Source: Caulobacteraceae bacterium (lineage in GTDB: Bacteria; Pseudomonadota; Alphaproteobacteria; Caulobacterales; Caulobacteraceae). From it: a stretch of 53,403 nucleotides of DNA. The notes under the pieces were generated by a model. The model saw nothing but the letters and a program-made list of their open reading frames with translations, was not told where the DNA came from and searched no databases. Position numbers and translations under genes: made by a program. Positions within the stretch are counted from its first letter, which is position 1; every line of letters starts with the position of its first letter. This document shows positions 26,390 through 34,793 of the stretch, piece by piece. The stretch covers positions 1 to 53,403 of the forward strand of contig DASVVG010000187.1 in assembly GCA_036386655.1 (NCBI GenBank), read 5' to 3'.

Positions 26390-26712
26390 CGGCGGCCGCG
26401 CTTCGCCACGGGCGCGGTTCTGACGCCTGCAGGTCCTGCCGGCACCATCACGTGATTGCCCGCGAAGTCCGTCTGCTTCAGCACGTTCACCGCGCAGCCG
26501 CCGACACGCTTCTCGACAGCGAGGATGTGCTGGGGCGGCGGCAGCTCCGTCATTTTCCGCGCGCCTTGGGCACCAGCGCCTTGCGTGGCGATCAGCGGCG
26601 CGGGCGGACAGCCCCCGATCTGGCCGGGCATGCGGCGGACGGCCATCGGAGGCTCGATCGGGACGGAGGGCCCCGAGGAGAAGGCGGCGGCGAGGGCGAG
26701 GGCGACGATCAT
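26386..26712 (-). CDS. Small secreted protein (108 aa), hypothetical
   Basis: Internal ATG of track ORF 26386..27468, with SD GGGAG 6-7 nt upstream. Signal peptide MIVALALAAAFSS. Two Cys. It lies 59 nt downstream of pdeM on the same strand. Confidence 0.5.
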   Translation of the reverse strand: MIVALALAAAFSSGPSVPIEPPMAVRRMPGQIGGCPPAPLIATQGAGAQGARKMTELPPPQHILAVEKRVGGCAVNVLKQTDFAGNHVMVPAGPAGVRTAPVAKRGRR

Positions 26713-26771
26713 CTTCGGCTCCCTGATCTTCTCCAGCCACTCTACCACGGGAGGAGCGGGCGGTGGACCCC

Positions 26772-27536
26772 TCAGTCGGGAACCAGCGACCGCCAGCCGA
26801 CGGCGTGCACCTTGTCGGAGCCCATGACGCCCGCGAGCACCGGCCCCTCGAACAGCTCCGCGAAGGCCGCGTCGCGCGCGTTCAGCCCGCCCGCGTAGGC
26901 GCCGAAGGCCGGCAGCACCACGCGCTCGCCGTCCGTCAGGAAGCACCGCCGCCGTACCGTGCCGCTGCGCGACGCCACCCGCGCGCAGGGGTGCAGGTGG
27001 CCCGACACCTCCCCCGGCTGACGCCCCGGCTCCGGTTCGTGCACCAGCGTCAGCGCGAACAGCGTCGCCTCCGCCGCCGCCTCCCCTGGCAGTCCCTTCG
27101 GCGGCTCCGGGTCGTGGTTGCCGGTGATCCACACCAGCCGCCGCCCGAGCGCCAGCGCCTTCAGGCGCTCCACGTCCTCCGGGTCCAGCCGCGTCTCCGC
27201 CTTTCGGTCGTGGAAGGTGTCGCCCAGCAGCACGACCATCTGCGCGTCGGTGAGGCTCGCCTCCACCAGCATCCGATCCAGCGTCACCCGCGTGTCGTAG
27301 GGCGGCAGCAGCTGCCCGCGCACACCGTACGAGGAGCCCTTCTCCAGGTGCAGGTCGCCCGCCACGAGCGCCCGCGCGCCCTCTACGAACAGCGCGCCCG
27401 ACGGGCGCATGCGCACCGCCGTGCCGTTCAGCTCCAGGCACAGCTCGCCGTCCTCGCCACATGACCAAGCGAAGGCGGGCGGCTCGTAGGGCTCGGCGCG
27501 CAGCGCCTGCATCTTCCGGGCGTGTCTCCAGCTCAC
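26772..27536 (-). CDS. pdeM: Ligase-associated DNA damage response phosphoesterase PdeM
   Basis: Metallophosphoesterase motifs GDLHLEKG, ..LGDTFHD.., ..ITGNHD.. and ..GHLHP.. The GTG start overlaps the lhr stop (GTGA). Confidence 0.88.
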   Translation of the reverse strand: MSWRHARKMQALRAEPYEPPAFAWSCGEDGELCLELNGTAVRMRPSGALFVEGARALVAGDLHLEKGSSYGVRGQLLPPYDTRVTLDRMLVEASLTDAQMVVLLGDTFHDRKAETRLDPEDVERLKALALGRRLVWITGNHDPEPPKGLPGEAAAEATLFALTLVHEPEPGRQPGEVSGHLHPCARVASRSGTVRRRCFLTDGERVVLPAFGAYAGGLNARDAAFAELFEGPVLAGVMGSDKVHAVGWRSLVPD

Positions 27537-30004
27537 GACATGGCGTCCGCGATCAGGTCCTCGGCGGCTTCCATCAGGATCATGTCCTGGACGCTACCGT
27601 TGATTCGCTCCTTCCCGATCTCGAGCATTGGCTGCACCGCGAACGGCGTGAGCTTCGGCAGATCGACATGGCGCAGCTGCCCCTGTGCCCGCGCCAGCAG
27701 GACGCCCAATCTCCGGATGTCCAAGGAGCCCTGCGCCGCGTCCATGCGCGCGGCCTGCAGCAGCAGGTGGTCGGGCTGGTGGCGGCGCAGCACGTCGTAG
27801 ACGAGGTCGGTCGAGAAGGTCACCTGCCGTCCGCTCTTCTCCGCGCCCGGGAAGCGCCGCTCGATCAGCCCCGAGACGGTCGCGCACCCGCGGAACGCCC
27901 GCTTCATCAGGTAGCTCTCGTCGAGCCACGCCTCGAGGTCGTCACCGAGCATGTCCTCCTGGAACAGCTCGTCCATGTCGAGGGTGTCCAAGGGCCGCAT
28001 CGTCCAGATCGCCAGCGCGTAGTCGTTGCAGACGTACCCCAGCGGCCCCACGCCCGCCCGGTCCATCCGGCGCGCCAGCAGCATGGCCAGCGTGGTGTGC
28101 GCCAGCCGCCCCTCGAACGGGTAGCAGACCAGATACCAGCGCTTGCCGCGCGGGAACGTCTCGATCAGCAACTCGTCCTCGCGCGGGATGTGCGAGCGCT
28201 TCTTCTGCGCGTGCAGCCACTCCTGCACGTCCTCGGGCAGGCGCACCCAGCTGCTCTGGTCGGCGATCATCCGGCGCACGCGCCACGCCAGGTAGGTCGA
28301 CAGCGCGAACTTGCTGCCGCCCCAGCTCAGGATCTTCGGCTCCGTATCCTTGGAGGCGCTGACGATGGCGTCCACGCCCTCGACGCCCTCGAAGCGCCAG
28401 ACCTGCCCCGCGAAGACGAACGTGTCCCCGACGGTGATCTGTTCGAAATAGAACTCCTCCGCCTCGCCGATCTTGCGGCCGCCGCGCCGACCGGTCCGCA
28501 CCTTGATGTTCAGCGTGCTCGGCGCGTTGATTGCCCCGACGTTCATGCGATGCCGCTGCGCGATCAGCCCGTTGCGCACGCGCCAGAGGTCGTCGCGGCC
28601 CTTCACGATCCGCTTGAACCGGTCGTAGGTGCGCAGCGCGTACCCGCCCGACGACACGAACTCGACCACGCGGTCGAAGTCTTCCCGCGGTAGGCCCTGG
28701 TAGGGCGCCGCCAGTCGCACCTCGTCGTACAGCCGGTCCGCCTGGAAGGGCTCGCCGCACGCCGCGCCCATAACGTGTTGAGCCAGCACGTCTAACGCGC
28801 CGTCGCGGGCCGGATCGCCGTCCAGCGCGCCCTCCGCCACCGCCTCGCGCGCGGCCTGGCACTCGAGCATTTCGAAACGGTTGGCGGGCGCCAGTAGCGC
28901 GCGGGAGGGCTCGTCCAGTCTGTGGTTGGCTCTACCGATTCGTTGAACGAGCCGGCTGGCGCCCTTCGGCGCCGCGAGCTGGATGACGAGGTCCACCGCG
29001 CCCCAGTCGATGCCCAAGTCGAGCGTCGAGGTGGCCACCACGGCCCTTAATTCCCCGCGGGTCATGGCCGCCTCGACCTTGCGCCGCTGCTCGGGCGCGA
29101 GGCTGCCGTGGTGCAGCGCGATCGGCAGGCCCTCCTCGTTCAGCCGCCACAGCTCCTGGAACGCGAACTCCGCCTGCCAGCGCGTGTTGACGAAGATCAG
29201 CGTCGTCGTGGCCCGTTTGATCTCCTCGTAGACCTCCGGCATCGCGTGTTGCGCCGTGATGCCCGACCACGGCACCCGCTCCTGCGCCAGCAGCACGTCC
29301 ACCACGGGCGGGGCGCCGGGCTCCCCCAGCACCAGGTCCGTCTCCGGCCCCAGCCAGCGGCGCAGCATGTCCGGGTCCTGCACCGTCGCCGACAGCCCGA
29401 CCCGCCGCATCCCCGGCGCGAACGCCTGCAGTCGCGCCAGCCCGAGCGCCAGCAGGTCGCCACGCTTGGAGGGCTGGATCGCGTGCGCCTCGTCCACCAC
29501 CACCGTCTTCAGATCGCGGAAGTAGTCGCGCGCGCCCTCCCAGGCGCAGAACAGCGCCACCTGCTCGGGTGTCGTCAGCAATATGTCCGGCGGGGAATGT
29601 CTCTGCCGCTGGCGCTTGGCCACGGAGGTGTCGCCGGTGCGGCTCTCGATGGAGACGGCTAACCCCATCTCCTTCGCCGGCGTCTCCAGATTCCGCTGCA
29701 CGTCTACCGCCAGGGCCTTCAGCGGCGAGACGTAGAGCGTGTGCACGCCGGCGCCCTCGACCGGCCCCCGTTCGTGCAGGTCGATCAGGCTGGGCAGGAA
29801 CCCCGCCAGCGTCTTGCCCCCGCCGGTGGGCGCGATCAGCAACGCGTCGCGCCCCTGCCGCGCCTTCTCCACCATCGCCAACTGGTGCGCCCGCGCGCTC
29901 CAGCCGCGCGATGCGAACCAGCGCTCGAACAGCGGCGGCAGCGGCCCCGAATCCGGCCACGATGCCGCGGCGGCGCGAGCTGCGATGTTCTTGTTCTGTT
30001 TCAT
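27533..30004 (-). CDS. lhr: Ligase-associated DEXH-box helicase (Lhr-like)
   Basis: Walker A APTGGGKT and DEAH box VVVDEAHAI. The length and C-terminal domain match the ligase-associated helicase family. I use the ATG at 30004 (MKQNKNIAA..). The track GTG at 30043 would overlap the divergent gene. Confidence 0.9.
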   Translation of the reverse strand: MKQNKNIAARAAAASWPDSGPLPPLFERWFASRGWSARAHQLAMVEKARQGRDALLIAPTGGGKTLAGFLPSLIDLHERGPVEGAGVHTLYVSPLKALAVDVQRNLETPAKEMGLAVSIESRTGDTSVAKRQRQRHSPPDILLTTPEQVALFCAWEGARDYFRDLKTVVVDEAHAIQPSKRGDLLALGLARLQAFAPGMRRVGLSATVQDPDMLRRWLGPETDLVLGEPGAPPVVDVLLAQERVPWSGITAQHAMPEVYEEIKRATTTLIFVNTRWQAEFAFQELWRLNEEGLPIALHHGSLAPEQRRKVEAAMTRGELRAVVATSTLDLGIDWGAVDLVIQLAAPKGASRLVQRIGRANHRLDEPSRALLAPANRFEMLECQAAREAVAEGALDGDPARDGALDVLAQHVMGAACGEPFQADRLYDEVRLAAPYQGLPREDFDRVVEFVSSGGYALRTYDRFKRIVKGRDDLWRVRNGLIAQRHRMNVGAINAPSTLNIKVRTGRRGGRKIGEAEEFYFEQITVGDTFVFAGQVWRFEGVEGVDAIVSASKDTEPKILSWGGSKFALSTYLAWRVRRMIADQSSWVRLPEDVQEWLHAQKKRSHIPREDELLIETFPRGKRWYLVCYPFEGRLAHTTLAMLLARRMDRAGVGPLGYVCNDYALAIWTMRPLDTLDMDELFQEDMLGDDLEAWLDESYLMKRAFRGCATVSGLIERRFPGAEKSGRQVTFSTDLVYDVLRRHQPDHLLLQAARMDAAQGSLDIRRLGVLLARAQGQLRHVDLPKLTPFAVQPMLEIGKERINGSVQDMILMEAAEDLIADAMS
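29987..30001 (+). promoter_or_regulatory. Candidate alphaproteobacterial SOS (LexA) box GTTC-N7-GTTT
   Basis: GTTC-ttgttct-GTTT has one mismatch to GTTC-N7-GTTC. It lies 25 nt upstream of the DinG-like ATG and inside the first codons of lhr. Confidence 0.3.
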
Positions 30005-30025
30005 CCGGCGGGCCAATATACGTCC

Positions 30026-32890
30026 ATGACCTCGGCGGGGCACAACCCTCTCGATCTGCCCCCCGCGCTAGCCGTGCTGCCGGGGCCCCGCGCCGCGATG
30101 TCCGAGGCCGAGCAGACCCGCGCCCTGCGCGCTGCCGAGGCGCGGCACGCCTTCGGCGGCGGCAAGCCCGTGATCGTGTGCCACGCCGGCCTGACCGCCC
30201 GCCGCCTCGACCTGCAGCCGCCGATGCGCTCCGGCGACCTGCTCGACGCCCTGGAGCTGTTCGCCTTCGTCCGCCCCGCCCAGTTCTGCGCTCCGTCCGC
30301 CGCCGGTCTCGCGCAGGCGCTCGGCCTGCCCGAGCCCAAGGGTGTCGCCGCCCAGGCGCAGACGCTCCGCCGCGCCTGCGCCGACCTGCTGGCCGAACTC
30401 GCGACCACGCCGCGACCCAGCCGCGAGGAAGCCCTCGCGCTGGCCGAGACCATGGCCCGCGTCCACTGGAGCTGGGCCGTTCCCGTGCTCGCCGCCCTCC
30501 GCACGCAGCCGATCGACCGCCCTTGGCGCGGCTCCGGCCTCGAGGTCTGGTCGCGCCTGCCCGAGTGGGAGGACTCCGCCCCCACGGGCGAGCCCGGCTC
30601 TAAGCCCGTCGAAGCCGCAGACGCGCAAGCGCGCCTCGTCGACCTCCTCGCCCGGGCCGGCCTCGACGAGGCCCGCCCCTCGCAGTCCGAGTTCTCGGCC
30701 CAGGTCGCCTTCGCCTTCGCGCCGCGCGACCGCGAAGGCGAGCCGCGCATGATGCTGGCCGAGGCGGGCACCGGCATCGGCAAGACCATGGGCTACCTCG
30801 CGCCCGCCTCGCTCTGGGCCGAGCGCAACGGCCCCGCCGTCTGGGTCTCCACCTACACCCGCGCCCTGCAGCGCCAGATCGAGCGCGAGAGCCACGCCGT
30901 CTTCCCCGACCCCGAGGTGAGGAAGCGCAAGGCCGTCGTCCGCAAGGGCCGCGAGAACTACGTCTGCCTGCTGAACTTCCAGGAGGCGGCGCAGGCCGCG
31001 CAGCTCGGAAACGGCGACCTGATCGGCATGGCGCTGGCCGCCCGCTGGCTGCGCGCCACCCGCGACGGGGACATGACCGGCGGCGACTTCCCCGCCTGGC
31101 TCCCGGGCCTGTTCAGCGTCGGTCCCGCGCACGTCGCGGGCCCCAACAACCTCAACGATCGCCGGGGCGAGTGCGTCCACGCCGGCTGCGTCCACTACAA
31201 GGCCTGCTTCATCGAGAAGGCGGTCCGCGCCTCGAAGAAGGCGGACGTGGTGATCGCCAACCACGCCCTGGTCATGACCCACGCCGCCTTCGACGGCGCC
31301 CGCGCGGCGCGCGGCCTGAAGACCGACGTGGAGACCACCACCCTTAAGCGCGTCGTGTTCGATGAGGGCCACCACCTGTTCGACGCCGCCGACAGCGCCT
31401 TCTCCGCCTGCCTGTCGGGGCAGGAGGCGGCCGAGCTCCGCCGCTGGATTCGCGGCCCCGAGGGCCGAGGCCGCCGGGGGAGGGGCCTTGAGAAGCGCCT
31501 CGGCGACCTCTGCGCCGACCGCGAGGACACGCAGAAGGCGCTCCGGGACGTCATGGTCGCCGCCGCCGCGCTTCCGGGCGAAGGCTGGTCCGGCCGCATC
31601 GCCCCGCCCTCCGGCGAGATCACCCCCATCGGCCCGGTCGAGCGCTTCCTCTCCGCCTCGCTACAACAGCTCCGCGCGCGAGCGGCCGGCGCCGACGTGA
31701 AGGGTGGCGGCGAGCTCGGCATGGAGTGCTCCACCCGCCCCGTGCTCCCCGCCGTGCGCGAAGCCGCGCGCGAGGCCGCGCATGCCCTCGTCGCCGTCGA
31801 GGCGCCGCTGCTGGCGCTCGCCCGCGGGCTCGAGGACCTGCTCGACGATGAGGCCGCCGAGCTCCCTGGCGGCGACCGCGCGCGCATCGAAGGCGCGCTG
31901 CGCGGCCTCGACCGCCGTGCGCGCATGACGCTGCCGTCGTGGCGCTCGATGCTGCAGGCGCTCGACGCCGACGATCCCGACGGCGAGGGCGACCCGGACT
32001 TCGTCGACTGGTTCAGCGCCACGGTCGCCTACGGCCGGGTGATGGACGCCGCTCTGAGGCGCCACTGGGTCGACCCCACCGCGCCGCTTGCCGCGGCGGT
32101 GCTGGCCCCCGCCCACGGCGTGCTGGTCACCAGCGCCACCCTCAGCGACAGCGCCCTCGACGAGCCCTTCGCGCTCGCCGAGGCCCGCACCGGCGCCAGC
32201 CGCATGCCCGAAGCCCCGCGCGTGCTGAAGCTCGCCAGCCCCTTCGACTACGGGAGCCAAGCCCGCGCCTTCGTGGTCACCGACGTCGGCCGCGACGACC
32301 CGCGCCAGGTCGCCGCCGCCATGCGCGAGCTGTTCCTGGCCAGCGGCGGCGGCGCGCTCGGCCTGTTCACCGCCATCCGCCGCCTGCGCCTGGTCTACGA
32401 GCGCCTCGCGCCGACGCTCGCCGACGCCGGCCTGCCGCTCTACGCGCAGCATGTCGACGCGCTCGACCCCGGCACGCTGGTCGACATCTTCCGCGCCGAG
32501 GAGGACTCCTGCCTGCTCGGCACCGATGCGGTGCGCGACGGGGTCGACGTGCCCGGCCGGGCGCTGCGCCTGATCGCCTTCGACCGCGTGCCCTGGCCGC
32601 GCCCCGACCTGCTGCACAAGGCGCGCCGCCAGCGCTTCGGGGCCAAGCACTACGACGACGCGCTGGCGCGGGCGAAGATCGCCCAGGCCTTCGGCCGCCT
32701 GATCCGCCGCGCCGACGACAAGGGGGTGTTCGTCCTGCTCGACGCCGCCGCCCCCACGCGCCTGTTCGCCGGCCTGCCGGAAGGCGTCGAGATCCAGCGC
32801 GTCGGCCTCGTCGAAGCCATCGAGGCCACGCGCGACTTCCTGGGGCCCCAGCCGCAGCCCGCCCTCGCCACCGCTCCGCTCGCCAGTTAA
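30026..32890 (+). CDS. dinG: DinG/Rad3-family Fe-S ATP-dependent DNA helicase
   Basis: Walker A AEAGTGIGKT, four Cys in the Fe-S position (YVCLL, GECVH, AGCVH, KACF), a DEGH box (VFDEGHHLF) and the C-terminal helicase motif ..LIQAFGRLIRR-like (AQAFGRLIRRADDKG). An alternative ATG at 30098 is possible. Confidence 0.85.
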   Translation: MTSAGHNPLDLPPALAVLPGPRAAMSEAEQTRALRAAEARHAFGGGKPVIVCHAGLTARRLDLQPPMRSGDLLDALELFAFVRPAQFCAPSAAGLAQALGLPEPKGVAAQAQTLRRACADLLAELATTPRPSREEALALAETMARVHWSWAVPVLAALRTQPIDRPWRGSGLEVWSRLPEWEDSAPTGEPGSKPVEAADAQARLVDLLARAGLDEARPSQSEFSAQVAFAFAPRDREGEPRMMLAEAGTGIGKTMGYLAPASLWAERNGPAVWVSTYTRALQRQIERESHAVFPDPEVRKRKAVVRKGRENYVCLLNFQEAAQAAQLGNGDLIGMALAARWLRATRDGDMTGGDFPAWLPGLFSVGPAHVAGPNNLNDRRGECVHAGCVHYKACFIEKAVRASKKADVVIANHALVMTHAAFDGARAARGLKTDVETTTLKRVVFDEGHHLFDAADSAFSACLSGQEAAELRRWIRGPEGRGRRGRGLEKRLGDLCADREDTQKALRDVMVAAAALPGEGWSGRIAPPSGEITPIGPVERFLSASLQQLRARAAGADVKGGGELGMECSTRPVLPAVREAAREAAHALVAVEAPLLALARGLEDLLDDEAAELPGGDRARIEGALRGLDRRARMTLPSWRSMLQALDADDPDGEGDPDFVDWFSATVAYGRVMDAALRRHWVDPTAPLAAAVLAPAHGVLVTSATLSDSALDEPFALAEARTGASRMPEAPRVLKLASPFDYGSQARAFVVTDVGRDDPRQVAAAMRELFLASGGGALGLFTAIRRLRLVYERLAPTLADAGLPLYAQHVDALDPGTLVDIFRAEEDSCLLGTDAVRDGVDVPGRALRLIAFDRVPWPRPDLLHKARRQRFGAKHYDDALARAKIAQAFGRLIRRADDKGVFVLLDAAAPTRLFAGLPEGVEIQRVGLVEAIEATRDFLGPQPQPALATAPLAS

Positions 32891-32899
32891 AGCGCAGCC

Positions 32900-33391
32900 A
32901 TGCGCCGCCTCATCCTGTTCCGTCACGCCAAGGCGGAAGCCAGCTCCCGCACCGGGGAGGACATCGACCGCCCGCTCACCGACCGCGGCGTCAACGACGC
33001 GCGGCTCATGGGTTATGCCCTCGCCGACGCCGGCTTCGCACCGGACGCCGCCCGTGTCTCCGACGCGCGCCGCACCGTCCAGACCTGGCAGGCCGCTTCG
33101 GAAGCCTTCCCGACAGCGACGGTCGAGTTCGAGCGCCGCCTGTTCAACGCCGACGCCGCCACCCTCATGGCGGCGGCGGAGGAGGGCGGCGACGGCACGG
33201 TGATGGTGATCGCGCACAATCCCGGCATGCATCAGCTGGTCATGACGCTGGCCCGCAGTTCGCACGACCTCAGCCACGCCTCGCGCGGCTTCCCGCCCGC
33301 CGCCGCCGCCGTCTTCACGCAGGAGGCCGAGCGGAGCTTTACGCTGGAACGGTTGTTTTATCCGGAGGACTACGGCGGAGGGACCCGGTGA
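32900..33391 (+). CDS. sixA: Histidine phosphatase family protein (SixA-like)
   Basis: The RHA catalytic start is MRRLILFRHAKAE, with ..RPLTDRG.. and ..VIAHNPG.. also present. 163 aa. Confidence 0.8.
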   Translation: MRRLILFRHAKAEASSRTGEDIDRPLTDRGVNDARLMGYALADAGFAPDAARVSDARRTVQTWQAASEAFPTATVEFERRLFNADAATLMAAAEEGGDGTVMVIAHNPGMHQLVMTLARSSHDLSHASRGFPPAAAAVFTQEAERSFTLERLFYPEDYGGGTR

Positions 33392-33744
33392 CCCGCATCT
33401 ACAAGCTGCTTCCCCGCGACGACTGGGAGCAGGCGCTACAGGAAGGCGTGCTGCACGGCACCGCCGACGATCGGCGCGACGGCTTCATCCACTTCTCCGC
33501 GGCCGACCAGGTGCAGGAGACCGCCAAGCTCCACTACCCCGGCCGCGAAGATCTCATCGTGCTCGAGGTCGAGGACACCGCGCTCGGCTCCGCGCTGAAG
33601 TGGGAGGTGTCCCGCAACGGCGGCAGGTTCCCCCACCTGTTCGCGCCGCTGCGCACCGACGCGGTGCTCGGCGCCCGCGCCTTCGAGCCTGACCCGGTCT
33701 CCTGCGGCCAGTCGCCGGAAGAAGGACCCGGCGTCCTGACGTGA
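33388..33744 (+). CDS. DUF952 domain protein
   Basis: The GTG start overlaps the sixA stop (GTGA). Translation: VTRIYKLLPRDDWEQALQEGVLHGTADDRRDGFIHFSAADQVQETAKLHY..RFPHLFAPL.. matches the DUF952 pattern. Confidence 0.75.
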   Translation: MTRIYKLLPRDDWEQALQEGVLHGTADDRRDGFIHFSAADQVQETAKLHYPGREDLIVLEVEDTALGSALKWEVSRNGGRFPHLFAPLRTDAVLGARAFEPDPVSCGQSPEEGPGVLT

Positions 33745-34793
33745 GCGCGCACGACCTCGCCGCCCGCGCCCTCCGCACCCTAGACCCCGAAACCGCCCAC
33801 CGGCTGACGGTCCGCGCGCTCGCCGCCGGCCTCGGCCCGGTCTCCGCGCCCGACGACCCGATCCTCGCCACCGAGCTCCCGGGCCTGCGCCTGCCCAACC
33901 CGATCGGCCTCGCCGCCGGCTTCGACAAGAACGCGGAGGCGCACGGTCCCATGCTCCGCGCCGGCTTCGGCTTCGTGGAGTGCGGCACGGTTACCCCGCG
34001 ACCCCAGCCGGGCAATCCGAAGCCCCGCCTGTTCCGCCTCACGGAGGACAGCGCCGTCATCAACCGCCTCGGCTTCAACAACGAGGGTCTGGAGCCCTTC
34101 GCCGCCCGCCTCGCGCACCGCCGCAGGGCAGGCGTGGTCGGGGCCAACCTCGGCGCCAACAAGGACAGCGCAGACCGCGCGGCGGACTACGTCACGGGCC
34201 TCCGCCGGCTCTGGGCCCTGCCCGACTACTTCACCGTCAACATCTCGTCGCCCAACACCCCCGGGCTCCGTGACCTGCAGTCTCGCGCCGCCCTCGACGA
34301 CCTCCTCGGCCGCCTCGGCCGAGCCCGCGCCGAACTCGCCGCCGCCCAGCCCGACACCGCACCTCTCTTCCTGAAGATCGCGCCCGACCTGCACGAGGCC
34401 GACGTCTCGGACGTGGTTGAAAGCGCCGTCGCGCACCGCCTCGACGGCCTGATCGTCTCCAACACCACGATCGCACGCCCCGACGCGCTCCGGTCACCCC
34501 GGCGCTCGGAGGCCGGCGGACTCTCCGGCGCTCCGCTGTTCGAGCCGTCGACCGCGCTCCTGCGCCGCGTCGCGGAGATCGCCGCCGGCCGGCTGGTCTT
34601 GATCGGGGCCGGTGGCGTCGGCTCGGGCGAGCAGGCTTACGCCAAGATCCGCGCCGGGGCGTCCGCCGTGCAGCTCTACAGCGCGCTCGTGTACGGGGGC
34701 CCCGGCCTCGTGACGCGTATCAAGCGCGACCTCGCCGCCCGCCTGCGCGCGGACGGATTCGCCGCGGTCGCTCAGGCGGTCGGCGCCGCCTGA
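33741..34793 (+). CDS. pyrD: Dihydroorotate dehydrogenase (quinone), class 2
   Basis: ..NPIGLAAGFDKNAE.., ..GFGFVECGTVTPRPQPGNPKPRLFRL.. and ..GLIVSNTT.. are present. The GTG start overlaps the DUF952 stop. Confidence 0.93.
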   Translation: MSAHDLAARALRTLDPETAHRLTVRALAAGLGPVSAPDDPILATELPGLRLPNPIGLAAGFDKNAEAHGPMLRAGFGFVECGTVTPRPQPGNPKPRLFRLTEDSAVINRLGFNNEGLEPFAARLAHRRRAGVVGANLGANKDSADRAADYVTGLRRLWALPDYFTVNISSPNTPGLRDLQSRAALDDLLGRLGRARAELAAAQPDTAPLFLKIAPDLHEADVSDVVESAVAHRLDGLIVSNTTIARPDALRSPRRSEAGGLSGAPLFEPSTALLRRVAEIAAGRLVLIGAGGVGSGEQAYAKIRAGASAVQLYSALVYGGPGLVTRIKRDLAARLRADGFAAVAQAVGAA

